Source of the DNA: Escherichia phage PSD2002
Reading direction: 5' to 3' (one strand)
DNA: 64,000 nt
Sequence record: OK335775.1
Both the position numbers and the translations under genes were made by a program. The notes under the pieces were generated by a model. The model made no database searches. It had not been told where the DNA came from and was given only the letters and a program-made list of their open reading frames with translations. Below are positions 49,096-60,583 of this stretch, in pieces. Each line of letters begins with the position of its first letter. Within the stretch, counting starts at the first letter, position 1.

Positions 49096-49135
49096 ATAAA
49101 TATCAGTCCATGCTTAACAGGTTCTATGATAGAAT
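49096..49135 (+). promoter_or_regulatory. Promoter region for nrdA (late-like TATAAATA plus MotA-box middle promoter)
   Basis: TATAAATA at 49096-49103; TGCTTAA at 49111-49117, 12 bp, TAGAAT; inverted repeat GGTTCTAT/ATAGAACC flanks the -10. Confidence 0.5.
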
Positions 49136-49165
49136 AATTATAGAACCTAACATATTGAGGAAATT

Positions 49166-51421
49166 ATGCAAGTACAAAAAAGTAGTGGTGTATCCCAAGA
49201 TTTTGACGCACAAAAAATTATTAAAGTTCTGACTTGGGGCTGTGAAGGAACCCAAATCGACCCCTATGAATTATACGAAGAAATCAAATCCCATCTTCGT
49301 GACGGTATGACTACCAAAGATATCCAAAATCTGACTGTTAAGGTAGCAGCCAACCTTATTTCGGTTGAAGAACCTGATTACCAATATGTTGCTGCAAAGC
49401 AATTGATGTTTGCACTGCGTAAAGAAGTTTACGGCCAGTTTGAACCGCGTAGTTTTATCGACCATATTTCCTATTGCGTTAACGAAGGTAAATATGACCC
49501 CGAATTGTTGTCTCGATATTCTGCAGAAGAAATTACTTTCTTAGAATCTCATATCAAGCATGAACGTGACTTTGAATTAACCTATGCGGGTGCAATGCAG
49601 CTGAAAGAGAAATATCTGGTTAAAGATAAAACAACCGGTAAAATCTACGAAACCCCTCAGTTCGCTATCATGTGTATTGGTATGGCCTTACACCAAGACG
49701 AGCCAGGTAATCGTTTAGCACATATTATTCGTTTTTATGATGCCGTAAGTACTCGTCAGGTTTCATTACCAACTCCTATTATGGCTGGAGCACGTACACC
49801 AACCCGTCAATTTAGTTCTTGTGTGGTTATTGAAGCAGGCGACTCACTGAAATCTATTAACAAAACTGCTAGCTCAATAATTGAATACATTTCTAAACGT
49901 GCCGGTATTGGTATCAACGTTGGTATGATTCGTGCTGAAGGTTCTCGTATTGGCATGGGTGAAGTCAAACATACAGGCGTTATTCCATTCTGGAAACATT
50001 TCCAGACTGCTGTTAAATCATGTTCACAAGGTGGAATCCGTGGCGGCGCTGCTACTGCTTATTATCCTATTTGGCATTTGGAAGTTGAAAATCTGCTCGT
50101 TCTGAAAAACAACAAAGGCGTAGATGAGAACCGTATTCGTCATATGGACTACGGAATCCAGATGAACGACCTTATGATGGAACGTTTCGGTAAAAATGAT
50201 TACATCACGCTGTTTAGTCCTCATGAAATGGGTGGTGAGCTTTATTATTCTTATTTCGAAGACCAAGACCGTTTCCGTGAATTGTATGAAGCAGCTGAAA
50301 AAGACCCTAGTATTCGTAAGAAACGTATTAAAGCACGTGACCTCTTCGAATTGTTCATGACCGAACGTTCAGGCACTGCACGAATTTATCCTCAGTTCGT
50401 TGATAACACTAACAACTTCACACCATTTATTCGTGAAAAAGCTCCTATTCGACAGAGCAACTTGTGTTGTGAAATTGCTATCCCGACTACTGATGTAAAT
50501 AGTCCTGATGCTGAGGTAGGCTTGTGTACTTTGGCAGCATTCGTATTGGATAACTTCGATTGGCAGGACCAAGACAAAATCAACGAGCTCGCTGAAGTCC
50601 AGGTACGTGCACTAGATAACCTGTTGGACTACCAAGATTATCCTGTTCCTGAAGCTCTGAAGGCCAAGAAACGTCGTAACCTGGGTGTTGGTGTTACTAA
50701 CTACGCCGCTTGGTTGGCAAGCAACTTTGCTTCTTATGAAGACGCTAACGATTTAACTCACGAACTGTTTGAGAGATTACAATATGGACTTATCCGAGCA
50801 TCAATCAAGTTGGCCGAAGAAAAAGGACATTGCGAGTATTATTCAGACACTAAATGGTCTCGAGGCGAATTACCTATCGACTGGTACAATAAAAAGATTG
50901 ACCAAATCGCAGCCCCTAACTATGTTTGTGACTGGGCGTCGTTGCGGGAAGACTTGGCTAAACATGGCATCCGTAATAGCACATTATCAGCACTTATGCC
51001 GTGTGAATCAAGCAGCCAGGTTTCCAACTCTACAAACGGTATCGAACCTCCACGTGGTCCGGTAAGTATTAAAGAATCTAAAGAAGGTAACTTCCGTCAG
51101 GTAGTTCCTAATGTAGAACATAACCAAGGGCTCTACGATTACGCTTGGACCCTCGCTAAGAAAGGTAATAAACCTTATCTTACCCAAGTGGCGATTATGT
51201 TGAAATGGGTGTGTCAATCGGCATCAGCTAACACGTATTATGACCCACAGATTTTTCCAAAAGGAAAAGTTCCGATGTCTGTAATGCTTGATGACCTGCT
51301 ATATTTCTGGTATTATGGCGGAAAAAATCTCTATTATCACAATACCCGTGATGGCTCTGGTACTGATGACTATGAAATCGAAACTCCTAAAGCCGACGAT
51401 TGTGCAGCTTGTAAGCTTTAA
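49166..51421 (+). CDS. nrdA: Aerobic ribonucleotide reductase large subunit
   Basis: 751 aa; class I RNR alpha architecture; size and position as T4 nrdA. Confidence 0.95.
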   Translation: MQVQKSSGVSQDFDAQKIIKVLTWGCEGTQIDPYELYEEIKSHLRDGMTTKDIQNLTVKVAANLISVEEPDYQYVAAKQLMFALRKEVYGQFEPRSFIDHISYCVNEGKYDPELLSRYSAEEITFLESHIKHERDFELTYAGAMQLKEKYLVKDKTTGKIYETPQFAIMCIGMALHQDEPGNRLAHIIRFYDAVSTRQVSLPTPIMAGARTPTRQFSSCVVIEAGDSLKSINKTASSIIEYISKRAGIGINVGMIRAEGSRIGMGEVKHTGVIPFWKHFQTAVKSCSQGGIRGGAATAYYPIWHLEVENLLVLKNNKGVDENRIRHMDYGIQMNDLMMERFGKNDYITLFSPHEMGGELYYSYFEDQDRFRELYEAAEKDPSIRKKRIKARDLFELFMTERSGTARIYPQFVDNTNNFTPFIREKAPIRQSNLCCEIAIPTTDVNSPDAEVGLCTLAAFVLDNFDWQDQDKINELAEVQVRALDNLLDYQDYPVPEALKAKKRRNLGVGVTNYAAWLASNFASYEDANDLTHELFERLQYGLIRASIKLAEEKGHCEYYSDTKWSRGELPIDWYNKKIDQIAAPNYVCDWASLREDLAKHGIRNSTLSALMPCESSSQVSNSTNGIEPPRGPVSIKESKEGNFRQVVPNVEHNQGLYDYAWTLAKKGNKPYLTQVAIMLKWVCQSASANTYYDPQIFPKGKVPMSVMLDDLLYFWYYGGKNLYYHNTRDGSGTDDYEIETPKADDCAACKL

Positions 51422-51474
51422 TAAAATCTGATTATAATTGACTCATGGATGAGTCACTAACAAATGAGAATAAT

Positions 51475-52614
51475 ATGTCTACAGTTTTTAATACCACCCC
51501 AGTTGATGTTTTAGTCGAGCCGATGTTCTTTGGTTCAGGATTGGGTATTGCCCGTTATGATATCCAACGTCATAAAGTATTCGAAGAGCTTTGTGAAAAG
51601 CAGTTGAGTTTTTTCTGGCGTCCAGAAGAAGTCAACTTGATGATGGATGCTGCTCAATTTAATAAGCTTCCACAATTCCAACAAAATATTTTTACCAATA
51701 ACCTGAAGTATCAATCACTTCTGGATAGTATCCAAGGACGTGCTCCTTCTGCTGCACTTCAAGCCTTGATTTCAGACCCTAGCCTTGATACATGGGTGGC
51801 TACATGGACCTTTAGTGAGACTATTCACTCTCGTTCATATACCCATATCATGCGTAACCTCTATACAGACCCGTCAAAGGTATTTGATGAAATTCTGTTA
51901 GATGACGCTATTATGAAACGTGCTGAATCTATTGGACGTTATTATGATGACGTTATTAAGAAAACTCGCTATTGGCAGAATGCTTTAGAAGAATATCATG
52001 AGTTTAGCGAAGGCGTAAAACAGGCTAAATACGAACTAATGCGTTCTCTTTACCTCTGTCTGCACGTAATCAACGCCCTGGAAGCTATTCGTTTTTACGT
52101 ATCTTTCGCATGCACCTTTAACTTCCATAAAAACATGGAAATCATGGAAGGTAATGCTAAGATTATGAAGTTCATTGCACGTGATGAACAGCTTCACCTT
52201 AAAGGTACTCAGTACATTATTCGTCAACTCCAACTTGGTACTGATGGCGACGAATGGGTTAAAATTGCTCAAGAGTGCGAACAAGAAGCAGTTGATATTT
52301 TCATGGAAGTTAACCGTCAAGAAAAAGAATGGGCTGCTCACCTGTTCAAAGATGGTACTTGCCCTGGATTAAATACTCAGAACATGGGTGCTTTTGTAGA
52401 TTACCTGACAGTTTCTCGTATGAAGCAATGTGGCTTACCGTGTCCTATTACTGATGCTCCTACTCGCCATCCGTATCCTTGGATTCGCGAATACCTGAAC
52501 TCTGATTCAGTGCAGGCTGCTCCTCAGGAAGTGGAAATCAGTTCTTATCTTGTAGCACAAATTGATAACGATGTCGATGAAAAAGTAATGGCATCGTACA
52601 AGAAATATTTTTAA
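51475..52614 (+). CDS. nrdB: Aerobic ribonucleotide reductase small subunit (intron-less)
   Basis: ATG 51475 (MSTVFNTTPVDV matches T4 NrdB N-terminus; the ORF track begins at an upstream ATG 51445); uninterrupted ORF. Confidence 0.95.
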   Translation: MSTVFNTTPVDVLVEPMFFGSGLGIARYDIQRHKVFEELCEKQLSFFWRPEEVNLMMDAAQFNKLPQFQQNIFTNNLKYQSLLDSIQGRAPSAALQALISDPSLDTWVATWTFSETIHSRSYTHIMRNLYTDPSKVFDEILLDDAIMKRAESIGRYYDDVIKKTRYWQNALEEYHEFSEGVKQAKYELMRSLYLCLHVINALEAIRFYVSFACTFNFHKNMEIMEGNAKIMKFIARDEQLHLKGTQYIIRQLQLGTDGDEWVKIAQECEQEAVDIFMEVNRQEKEWAAHLFKDGTCPGLNTQNMGAFVDYLTVSRMKQCGLPCPITDAPTRHPYPWIREYLNSDSVQAAPQEVEISSYLVAQIDNDVDEKVMASYKKYF

Positions 52615-52641
52615 GGAATGGGGCTTCGGCCCCTTATTGCT

Positions 52642-53055
52642 ATGAAAGAAATCGCAGACGAATTTAGCTTTATCAAGTACGTCACCCTAGAACTCCAAGA
52701 TGACGCCAGCATTGCTCCACTCACAGTACCAAATAAACAAAATGTCATATATGCTATAGCGGTTGATGATATACTAGTCTACATCGGGAAGACTAAAAAT
52801 CTTCGTAAGCGCATCAACTACTACCGAACCGCTATTAATCGTAAGGACCAAACGTCAGATTCGACCAAGTCCATTCTGATTCATGAAGCACTAATGGCAG
52901 GTAAAAAGGTAGAGTTCTATGCACGGCAGTGCTTTAATCTGTCGATGACTAACGAACTTGGAACTATGTCAGTTGAGACCATGTCTCTTGAAGAGCCAAT
53001 GTTCATAAAGAAATTTAATCCACCTTGGAATACCCAACACCGATTAAAAGGATAA
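52642..53055 (+). CDS. denA: DenA endonuclease II (GIY-YIG family)
   Basis: ATG 52642 (MKEIADEFSFIKY); VIYAIA...YIGKTKNLRKRINYY block matches T4 endonuclease II. Confidence 0.85.
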   Translation: MKEIADEFSFIKYVTLELQDDASIAPLTVPNKQNVIYAIAVDDILVYIGKTKNLRKRINYYRTAINRKDQTSDSTKSILIHEALMAGKKVEFYARQCFNLSMTNELGTMSVETMSLEEPMFIKKFNPPWNTQHRLKG

Positions 53056-53059
53056 AGCA

Positions 53060-54208
53060 ATGATTGAATTATATGATAACTTGATGGCCCTGGTTAAAAA
53101 CTCGACTAAATCTAAGTTCTTCTTTAAAGACTTTCAGAGTGCGCTAGGAGTCAACTATCGCATCTTTAGTTATAACTATGCATCGTACAGTGATTGGTTG
53201 GAAGACGGCGCACTAGAGTGCCGAGGCATTATGTTTGAAATGGACGAGAACGGTCCAGTACGTATTGCTGCTCGTCCTATGCAAAAGTTCTTTAACCTTG
53301 ACGAAAACCCTCTGACCATCGGTCTAGATTTGTCACCAGAAAATATTGACCTCGTAATGGCTAAGGAAGATGGTTCTCTGATTTCTACATTCATGGACCG
53401 ACAGTATCTTTCTGTTAAATCTAAAGGCTCTATCCATTCATCAATGGTGCATGATTCTTTACGGTTCCTTCGTCTCCCTGAGAACGAGGCCTTTGCCGCA
53501 CGTCTAGAAGAAATCACTAAAGCTGGGTATACCTGCAACCTTGAATATGTAGCACCTACCAACCGTATCGTTCTGGCTTACCAAGAAACAAACCTCATCC
53601 TGTTGAACGTTCGTAATAATGAAACAGGTGAATATATTCCGTATGCTGAATTGTTTAAAGATGGTGCCCTGCGTAAGCATTTGGTTGAAAGTTATGAGCT
53701 CGCTGAGGGCGATTTCGTAGAAAACATCCGTAAGCAGGAAGGCATTGAAGGTTTCATCTTTGTACTGAAAGATGGTACGTTCTTTAAACTCAAAACCGCC
53801 TGGTACAGTGCACTGCATCATACCAAAGATTCCATTAACAATAACGAACGTTTGTTTGAAGTTGTAGTGGCTGGTGGTACTGATGACCTTCGTGGTCTGT
53901 TCAGTACGGATTCGTTTGCTATCGAGAAAATCGATGCCTTTGAACGTATCCATTTAGATTACTTAGAACAATCATTAGCCTTGTTAGAAGCAGCGTACTC
54001 CCAACTTAAGGGTCGCGACCGTAAGGACTACGCCGTTACTGGTCAACTAATCCTTAAGGACTTTCCAGGGTTGTTCTCTATTCTTATGCAGGCGTACGTA
54101 GGCGGCATTAATTATGATACGGTCATGGACCAGATTAACTCTGTGTTCTTGAAAAACCATAAAGCCCAAATCCCTGAAAAATATTTGAAAGAAATTGTGG
54201 TAGAGTAG
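53060..54208 (+). CDS. rnlA: RNA ligase 1
   Basis: 382 aa; YRIFSYNYASYSDW, ECRGIMFEMD, IVLAYQE, LLNVRNNETGEYI match T4 gene 63 RNA ligase. Confidence 0.85.
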   Translation: MIELYDNLMALVKNSTKSKFFFKDFQSALGVNYRIFSYNYASYSDWLEDGALECRGIMFEMDENGPVRIAARPMQKFFNLDENPLTIGLDLSPENIDLVMAKEDGSLISTFMDRQYLSVKSKGSIHSSMVHDSLRFLRLPENEAFAARLEEITKAGYTCNLEYVAPTNRIVLAYQETNLILLNVRNNETGEYIPYAELFKDGALRKHLVESYELAEGDFVENIRKQEGIEGFIFVLKDGTFFKLKTAWYSALHHTKDSINNNERLFEVVVAGGTDDLRGLFSTDSFAIEKIDAFERIHLDYLEQSLALLEAAYSQLKGRDRKDYAVTGQLILKDFPGLFSILMQAYVGGINYDTVMDQINSVFLKNHKAQIPEKYLKEIVVE

Positions 54209-54236
54209 TTTACATCTCCTCATGATGTGTTAGTAT
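54208..54236 (+). promoter_or_regulatory. Early promoter embedded in a 9-bp inverted repeat
   Basis: GTTTAC-N17-TAGTAT; arms TCTCCTCAT / ATGAGGAGA, the downstream arm being the SD. Confidence 0.6.
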
Positions 54237-54266
54237 AGACTTACCAACTAATGAGGAGAAAACAAA

Positions 54267-54767
54267 ATGAATATGCAAATGATTACTAACGAAATGGTTG
54301 TTAAGGCTTTTGGTGATTCTACTGACGGTATCCAAGTTTTTAAAGGTTCTCGTGCAGTAGGTTACCTGACCGATCTTCGTGTTACTTTAGCTAAAAATGC
54401 TAAAAAGAAAATCAAGCAAAAAGAATACTCTACCCGTTACGCTGAAGAAAAGCGTGAAGCCATGCCCGAAGCTGTTAACTCTATGGTTGAGTTTCTCCGA
54501 AACAACCTTTCCAAATACGATGCCGAGGTGTTTATTAATATTAGCCAACCTAATGTTAAAATCTCAGGCATCACTTTCTATTTGATTTGTGACCCATTAA
54601 GCGACAAGTTTAATCGCCTTGGCATTTCAAGTCCTTACCATACTGCTGAAGAATTATGTTTTATGTTTGAAACGTATAAAATTCAGTGTGAAAATCCTAA
54701 AACGGTTCTTATTAATTCCCTGTCACGTGATGACATCATCGAGATTATTACCAAATGTCTAAATTAA
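54267..54767 (+). CDS. Hypothetical protein (alc position)
   Basis: 166 aa; size and position correspond to T4 alc but similarity could not be confirmed from memory. Confidence 0.4.
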   Translation: MNMQMITNEMVVKAFGDSTDGIQVFKGSRAVGYLTDLRVTLAKNAKKKIKQKEYSTRYAEEKREAMPEAVNSMVEFLRNNLSKYDAEVFINISQPNVKISGITFYLICDPLSDKFNRLGISSPYHTAEELCFMFETYKIQCENPKTVLINSLSRDDIIEIITKCLN

Positions 54768-55108
54768 GTATTTACCTTTTAGCTGGAGCCATTGCAGTAG
54801 GTGCTTATGGTTTTATTTCGTATCAATCAAGCCGTATTGATACCCTTACCGAAGAACTGAAAACAACCCAGCAAACAGCTAAACAGAACGCTGAAGCTGT
54901 AGAGGACCTTCGTGGTCAATACTCTGATATTGAATTCCGTACTACTGAAATGAATGCCCGAATGGATAAAATTAAGGTAGAAAATGAAAAGCTCCGTAAA
55001 GATTCGAAGAAGGCGCACGTGGTGGCAAGTAAGCCAGGATTGGTCGAAAAACAAATCAACAAGTCCTTCGATTCCTTTACAGAAGACTTCAGGAGCATTA
55101 CAGAATGA
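54755..55108 (+). CDS. Putative i-spanin (Rz-like; pseT.3 position)
   Basis: 117 aa; N-terminal TM anchor followed by a coiled-coil-prone periplasmic domain; adjacent to a lipoprotein ORF. Confidence 0.55.
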   Translation: MSKLSIYLLAGAIAVGAYGFISYQSSRIDTLTEELKTTQQTAKQNAEAVEDLRGQYSDIEFRTTEMNARMDKIKVENEKLRKDSKKAHVVASKPGLVEKQINKSFDSFTEDFRSITE

Positions 55109-55395
55109 TTAAATTATCTGTAGTAGTATTATCTATTGGCTTGTTAGTTGGATGTGCCCAGGACATCCCTGTAGTGCCTAAGCAACAACTACATCCTTCG
55201 TGGCCACAACCTATCGCCGAACATAATGTTAAATGGCAGGTTAAGGTAATCGACGGTAAGGCCTGGGTTGGAATGCCATTTGAAGATTCCCAAGAACATC
55301 GTATTTGGTTGAACGACGTAAAAAGATATGTACAAGACCAGAAATCCATGTTATGTTATTATCGTTCCGGTCTAAAAGAGGAGAAGTGCAAATGA
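55105..55395 (+). CDS. Putative o-spanin lipoprotein (Rz1-like; pseT.2 position)
   Basis: 96 aa; signal peptide with lipobox LVGC. Confidence 0.55.
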   Translation: MIKLSVVVLSIGLLVGCAQDIPVVPKQQLHPSWPQPIAEHNVKWQVKVIDGKAWVGMPFEDSQEHRIWLNDVKRYVQDQKSMLCYYRSGLKEEKCK

Positions 55396-55499
55396 TTGAA
55401 GCGTGTACTGATGGATGGGATATTGTTAGATTTGGTTTTGTCTGCTTTTGTTTTGGAATTCTGATTAGTATATGTATTGGCGGTCTTTTCGGAAAGTAG
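55392..55499 (+). CDS. Small membrane peptide
   Basis: 35-aa hydrophobic ORF. Confidence 0.3.
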   Translation: MIEACTDGWDIVRFGFVCFCFGILISICIGGLFGK

Positions 55500-55528
55500 T
55501 TTACAAACTCTTGGGAGCAGAGTATAAT
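55499..55528 (+). promoter_or_regulatory. Early promoter
   Basis: GTTTAC ... TATAAT. Confidence 0.55.
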
Positions 55529-55562
55529 GCTCCTACGGATTATAAAATTTGAGGAAATTATT

Positions 55563-56041
55563 ATGACTTTACGTGATAACAGTTTTGTGGCTAAGCCTGA
55601 ATACATTTCAGGCGTTAAATCTCCTGTATTACAAAAGCTCTTAAAATTAGGGTCCTGTGCAAGTACACCGCTTGAAAAGAAGGCAACTTTCAATTTTGCT
55701 TGGGCTATTGTGGACGGTATTGATGTAGTAAGACAGGTAACTTTTTATGCTCCAGGGTCTATTGAGCCTTCGCAGATTATTAATTTGAATGGAAGTAATT
55801 ATATCACCATCCAACAATGGTATCGTATGATGCGCCCGGTTTGGGAATACCCTGAATTCATTGAAGAGTACAATGAAAAAGAACGTATTCGCGAGCTAGT
55901 AAAAAGTTTTGAATATGCGGCTAAACGCCATGGACAAATGCAATCCGCAGTAACCCTCGGTGATGTTCCTGAAAGTGTTGCTTACGAATCAGGTAAAACC
56001 CTTAAAACTTGCCGTGAAGAACTTTATAAGGAACTTGGTGT

Positions 56042-56045
<4 letters not shown>
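55563..56045 (+). CDS. Hypothetical protein
   Basis: ATG 55563 after GAGGAAA; promoter 55499-55528. Confidence 0.45.
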
Positions 56046-57245
<1,200 letters not shown>

Positions 57246-57246
<1 letters not shown>

Positions 57247-57443
57247 TGAATAATATCGAAAAGATTTTTCGTACAATCGAAGAAATTGAAAAACGTAAAT
57301 GCTTTTTCTTCGGCGTATGGCCTTTAACTGATGGACGTATTGGCCTGGATGTTATGGACTATAAAGATGAAGACAAGGTCGATGGTGGTATTTTTAAATC
57401 CGCTCCTGAACTCCTTGCCTTCTTGGAAGAACATTATGTATAA
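57246..57443 (+). CDS. Hypothetical small protein
   Basis: ATG 57246 overlapping the pseT stop. Confidence 0.4.
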
Positions 57444-57651
57444 CAAACACCACGAAGTTGAAGAAGAAGCTTATAAAGAGCTTCAGAAACTGGTAGGTCA
57501 GAATATGTCTCCTACCCTCATTAACTCACTAGCAGCCCTTCGTAATGACCTCAATGAACGTTACAAAGGCGAGTACTATGTTGAGTTCGTTCCTCTGACT
57601 GAAGTCGTTGACCGGTTTATTGTTAACGTGAAGGTCCATACTGTACACTGA
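57436..57651 (+). CDS. Hypothetical small protein
   Basis: 71-aa ORF from ATG 57436. Confidence 0.4.
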   Translation: MYNKHHEVEEEAYKELQKLVGQNMSPTLINSLAALRNDLNERYKGEYYVEFVPLTEVVDRFIVNVKVHTVH

Positions 57652-57658
57652 GGTAATT

Positions 57659-57937
57659 ATGTTCCCTACTTATTCTGAAATTGTTAAAGTAGTTTTTAGT
57701 CAGATTGTATCTGATTACCTATACGAACCTGTCAACACGTCGACTGAACTAAAGGTGCATGGTCGTTTGTCTGCTATTCTGGAAATCATGTTCCCGGATG
57801 CAGTTGATGCAATCACTGTTCAACTCACGCCTGGTGCAGCAATTGCAATTGTCCCATTTAAAATTGATAACCACATTTTGGCTATTTCATGCAAAATGGA
57901 CTTCCAGAAACAAACGGTAGTTGTCGAAGCAATTTAA
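57659..57937 (+). CDS. Hypothetical protein
   Basis: 92-aa ORF. Confidence 0.4.
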   Translation: MFPTYSEIVKVVFSQIVSDYLYEPVNTSTELKVHGRLSAILEIMFPDAVDAITVQLTPGAAIAIVPFKIDNHILAISCKMDFQKQTVVVEAI

Positions 57938-58000
57938 GTGTTTACACTATGGTAGGACTGTGGTATAGTAGTCCTACCGAAACAAATGAGGAAATCGAAA

Positions 58001-58554
58001 TGAGCCAGTTCTTTGAAGAGCGTAAGTTTTATAAGTTCGTTGGTGAATACACTAAAAACAAATTCACTAATAACGGTGCTTATGGCCTCAATACAGCTTT
58101 TGCTAAGTATGTGGGTATGAATCCGTTTGAAGTTGAAATTGATTACCATAACGGGAAGCCACGTGTAAGCCGAATTCGTGTATATGACGAGATGATGTTT
58201 GTCGACCCGAGCAAAATGACAGGTAATCCTAATGATGCAAATAGTGTTCTTTTTAATTCATCAGGCTTTTTTAGCCATGAATTCGAATACTTTATCGAAG
58301 TGGTAGACCCTAAAGAACTGCAGTTAGTTTTCCAGAACCCTGAAATCAAACCTATTAAAACTCCGGCCGATTGGAAAGTGCTTATTGTTAAAAATGGTAA
58401 GATTGAAGTTCATTCTCGCCATAACACAAAGGAACAAGCCGATCGTCAGGCTGAAGAGCTTTTGACCAGTTCGTTCCAACAAGTGTGTTATATTGTTAAA
58501 GGCGACGTTACCCAAGCTACCACTACCAAACAACTTAAGTTGGAGACCATCTAA
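58001..58554 (+). CDS. Hypothetical protein
   Basis: 184 aa from ATG 58001 after GAGGAAA; promoter 57940 upstream. Confidence 0.45.
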
Positions 58555-58787
58555 TGCTGAGCGAACAACCTATTACTGTAGAGCAGTTCCAAGTTAAAGT
58601 TAAAGAATTTGCTCAGGCCCTGATTAATAAGGTTTCTGTACGTTTTCCTGACGCAACTCTGCGAGTAATTCAGGAATCACCACGTGCGGTATTGGTTATC
58701 GTTAATCCTAAAAATGGCGGCCAGATTACCCAGTTGAAACTTGGTTCTGATGGTCTGGTCGAAGCGCAGCGAGTGTTCATAGAATGA
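58554..58787 (+). CDS. Hypothetical small protein
   Basis: 77-aa ORF, overlapping start. Confidence 0.4.
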   Translation: MLSEQPITVEQFQVKVKEFAQALINKVSVRFPDATLRVIQESPRAVLVIVNPKNGGQITQLKLGSDGLVEAQRVFIE

Positions 58788-59329
58788 AAGCAAGCACATA
58801 CCTTCAGATTGCATATCTGATTTCTCAAGAATCAAAATGTTGTTCATGGAAAGTGGGTGCGGTTATCGAAAAGAATGGTCGCATTATCTCTACAGGTTAT
58901 AACGGTTCGCCTTCCGGTGGTGTTAACTGTTGTGACCATGCTGTAGAACAGGACTGGACCCGTGTTGTGTATGACCCGACGCGAATGTCGCATAAATCCG
59001 TTCTTCTTAAAGAACACCGAATGGCTCACGCTGCATGGTCATCTAAAAATGAAATCCATGCCGAACTGAATGCTATTTTGTTTGCAGCTCGTACCGGAAG
59101 TTCTATTGATGGCGCTACGATGTACGTGACATTATCTCCGTGCGCCGATTGTGCTAAGTCTATTGCGCAGTCTGGAATTAAAACATTGGTTTATGCTGAG
59201 CTCTATGACCGAAATCCTGAAGGGTGGGACGATATCCTCCGTGAATCAGGCATCGAAGTTATCCAGTATAATCGTACAGGTCTCCGTTCTTTGAACTGGG
59301 AATCAATTCAAAACTATTGCGGTGAATAA
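58784..59329 (+). CDS. cd: dCMP deaminase
   Basis: 181 aa; cytidine/dCMP deaminase zinc motifs HAELNAI and SPCADCAK. Confidence 0.9.
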   Translation: MKASTYLQIAYLISQESKCCSWKVGAVIEKNGRIISTGYNGSPSGGVNCCDHAVEQDWTRVVYDPTRMSHKSVLLKEHRMAHAAWSSKNEIHAELNAILFAARTGSSIDGATMYVTLSPCADCAKSIAQSGIKTLVYAELYDRNPEGWDDILRESGIEVIQYNRTGLRSLNWESIQNYCGE

Positions 59330-59634
59330 TGAATATTTTATTTGAAAAACCTAAACAAGTGGTTACTGTTGATTACACAGATACATTTATTGATGCTCTT
59401 CTCCAAAAAGGTATCAAATCTATTAAAGTAGGTCCACTTTATGTTATTGAACAGCTTAAAGGCAATTCTACTGGCGAAATTTCGACTCATTCTACTAGTG
59501 ATATCGAATATGTTATCGACCAATTGGTAAATGTAAACCCAGAATTGGTATTAGTCCGTGAAGTTCGTAAAGAAACTCGTGGCGGCGAAACCAAGTATAT
59601 TGTCCGCATTGATTATATAAAAATCGAAGGCTAA
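59329..59634 (+). CDS. Hypothetical protein
   Basis: 101-aa ORF. Confidence 0.4.
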   Translation: MNILFEKPKQVVTVDYTDTFIDALLQKGIKSIKVGPLYVIEQLKGNSTGEISTHSTSDIEYVIDQLVNVNPELVLVREVRKETRGGETKYIVRIDYIKIEG

Positions 59635-59657
59635 GCATCCTAATTGAAGGAAACAAA

Positions 59658-59891
59658 ATGAAATTTCGTTTAGTTAAGTTTTCAGGTCTGAACTCAAAAG
59701 GTGAAAACCTGATAGCTTATTCAGTAGAATATAAAAAGTACTTTTTCTCTCGTTGGAAATCGTACTATAAATCCGAGTGGGTTCGCGCTGAAATGAAATA
59801 TAAAACGGTGCCTATTCTTGATAATTGCCATAGCCTATTAAGAGCTCTAAAAGAGCGTAATGCAACCACTATCAAAACTATTCTGGAATAA
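59658..59891 (+). CDS. Hypothetical small protein
   Basis: 77-aa ORF. Confidence 0.4.
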   Translation: MKFRLVKFSGLNSKGENLIAYSVEYKKYFFSRWKSYYKSEWVRAEMKYKTVPILDNCHSLLRALKERNATTIKTILE

Positions 59892-59893
59892 TT

Positions 59894-60193
59894 ATGATTT
59901 TAACCGAACAAGAAACTATTCGTCTCCGTGAAAAAGTCAAGACTATTTTGTCTGTTGGTTTTCACGAAGTCCTGTTTGAAAAAGCTGATGGTAGTGCCCG
60001 TCGTATGACTTGTACTCGCGACTTAGACCTGCTGCCGTATAAAGAAGTCCAGGCCCCTGGGCCAGAAGCCAATAAAGAATCTGTTAATTATATCAGAGTA
60101 TTTGATACCAAGGTTAATGATTGGCGCTCATTCCGTTTCGATAAGCTGATTTCTATTAACGGCCTTCAGACTGAAACTCTGCTTGTCCTGTAA
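59894..60193 (+). CDS. Hypothetical protein
   Basis: 99-aa ORF. Confidence 0.4.
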   Translation: MILTEQETIRLREKVKTILSVGFHEVLFEKADGSARRMTCTRDLDLLPYKEVQAPGPEANKESVNYIRVFDTKVNDWRSFRFDKLISINGLQTETLLVL

Positions 60194-60251
60194 TATGCTT
60201 TAAGAATAGCGTGTTATTATTAATCTATCAACAAAACAATATGGATTAAAT

Positions 60252-60575
60252 ATGGAACTTCCTATTAAAGCGGTCGGAGAATATGTTATTCTCGTTTCCG
60301 AACCAAAACAAGCCGGTGATGAAGAAACTACTGCATCTGGTATCGTTATTGGCAAACTTCATCAAGGTGAAATCCCTGAACTTTGTGAAATTTATTCTGT
60401 AGGACCTGATGTCCCTGAAGATTTTTGTGAAGTAGGCGATTTGACTCCACTTCCTGTTGGTAAGATTGCTAACGTGCCTCATCCGTTGGTTGCATTGGGT
60501 ATTAAACAACCTAAAGAAATTAAACAAAAATTCGTTACCTGTCACTATAAAGCTATTCCTTGCCTTTATAAGTGA
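60252..60575 (+). CDS. 31: Gp31 co-chaperonin (GroES analogue)
   Basis: 107 aa; [48 protein letters not shown] match T4 gp31. Confidence 0.9.
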   Translation: MELPIKAVGEYVILVSEPKQAGDEETTASGIVIGKLHQGEIPELCEIYSVGPDVPEDFCEVGDLTPLPVGKIANVPHPLVALGIKQPKEIKQKFVTCHYKAIPCLYK

Positions 60576-60583
60576 TATAAATA
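60576..60583 (+). promoter_or_regulatory. Late-promoter-like TATAAATA downstream of gene 31
   Basis: Exact TATAAATA 140 nt upstream of rIII, at the start of an ORF-free structured interval. Confidence 0.35.
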
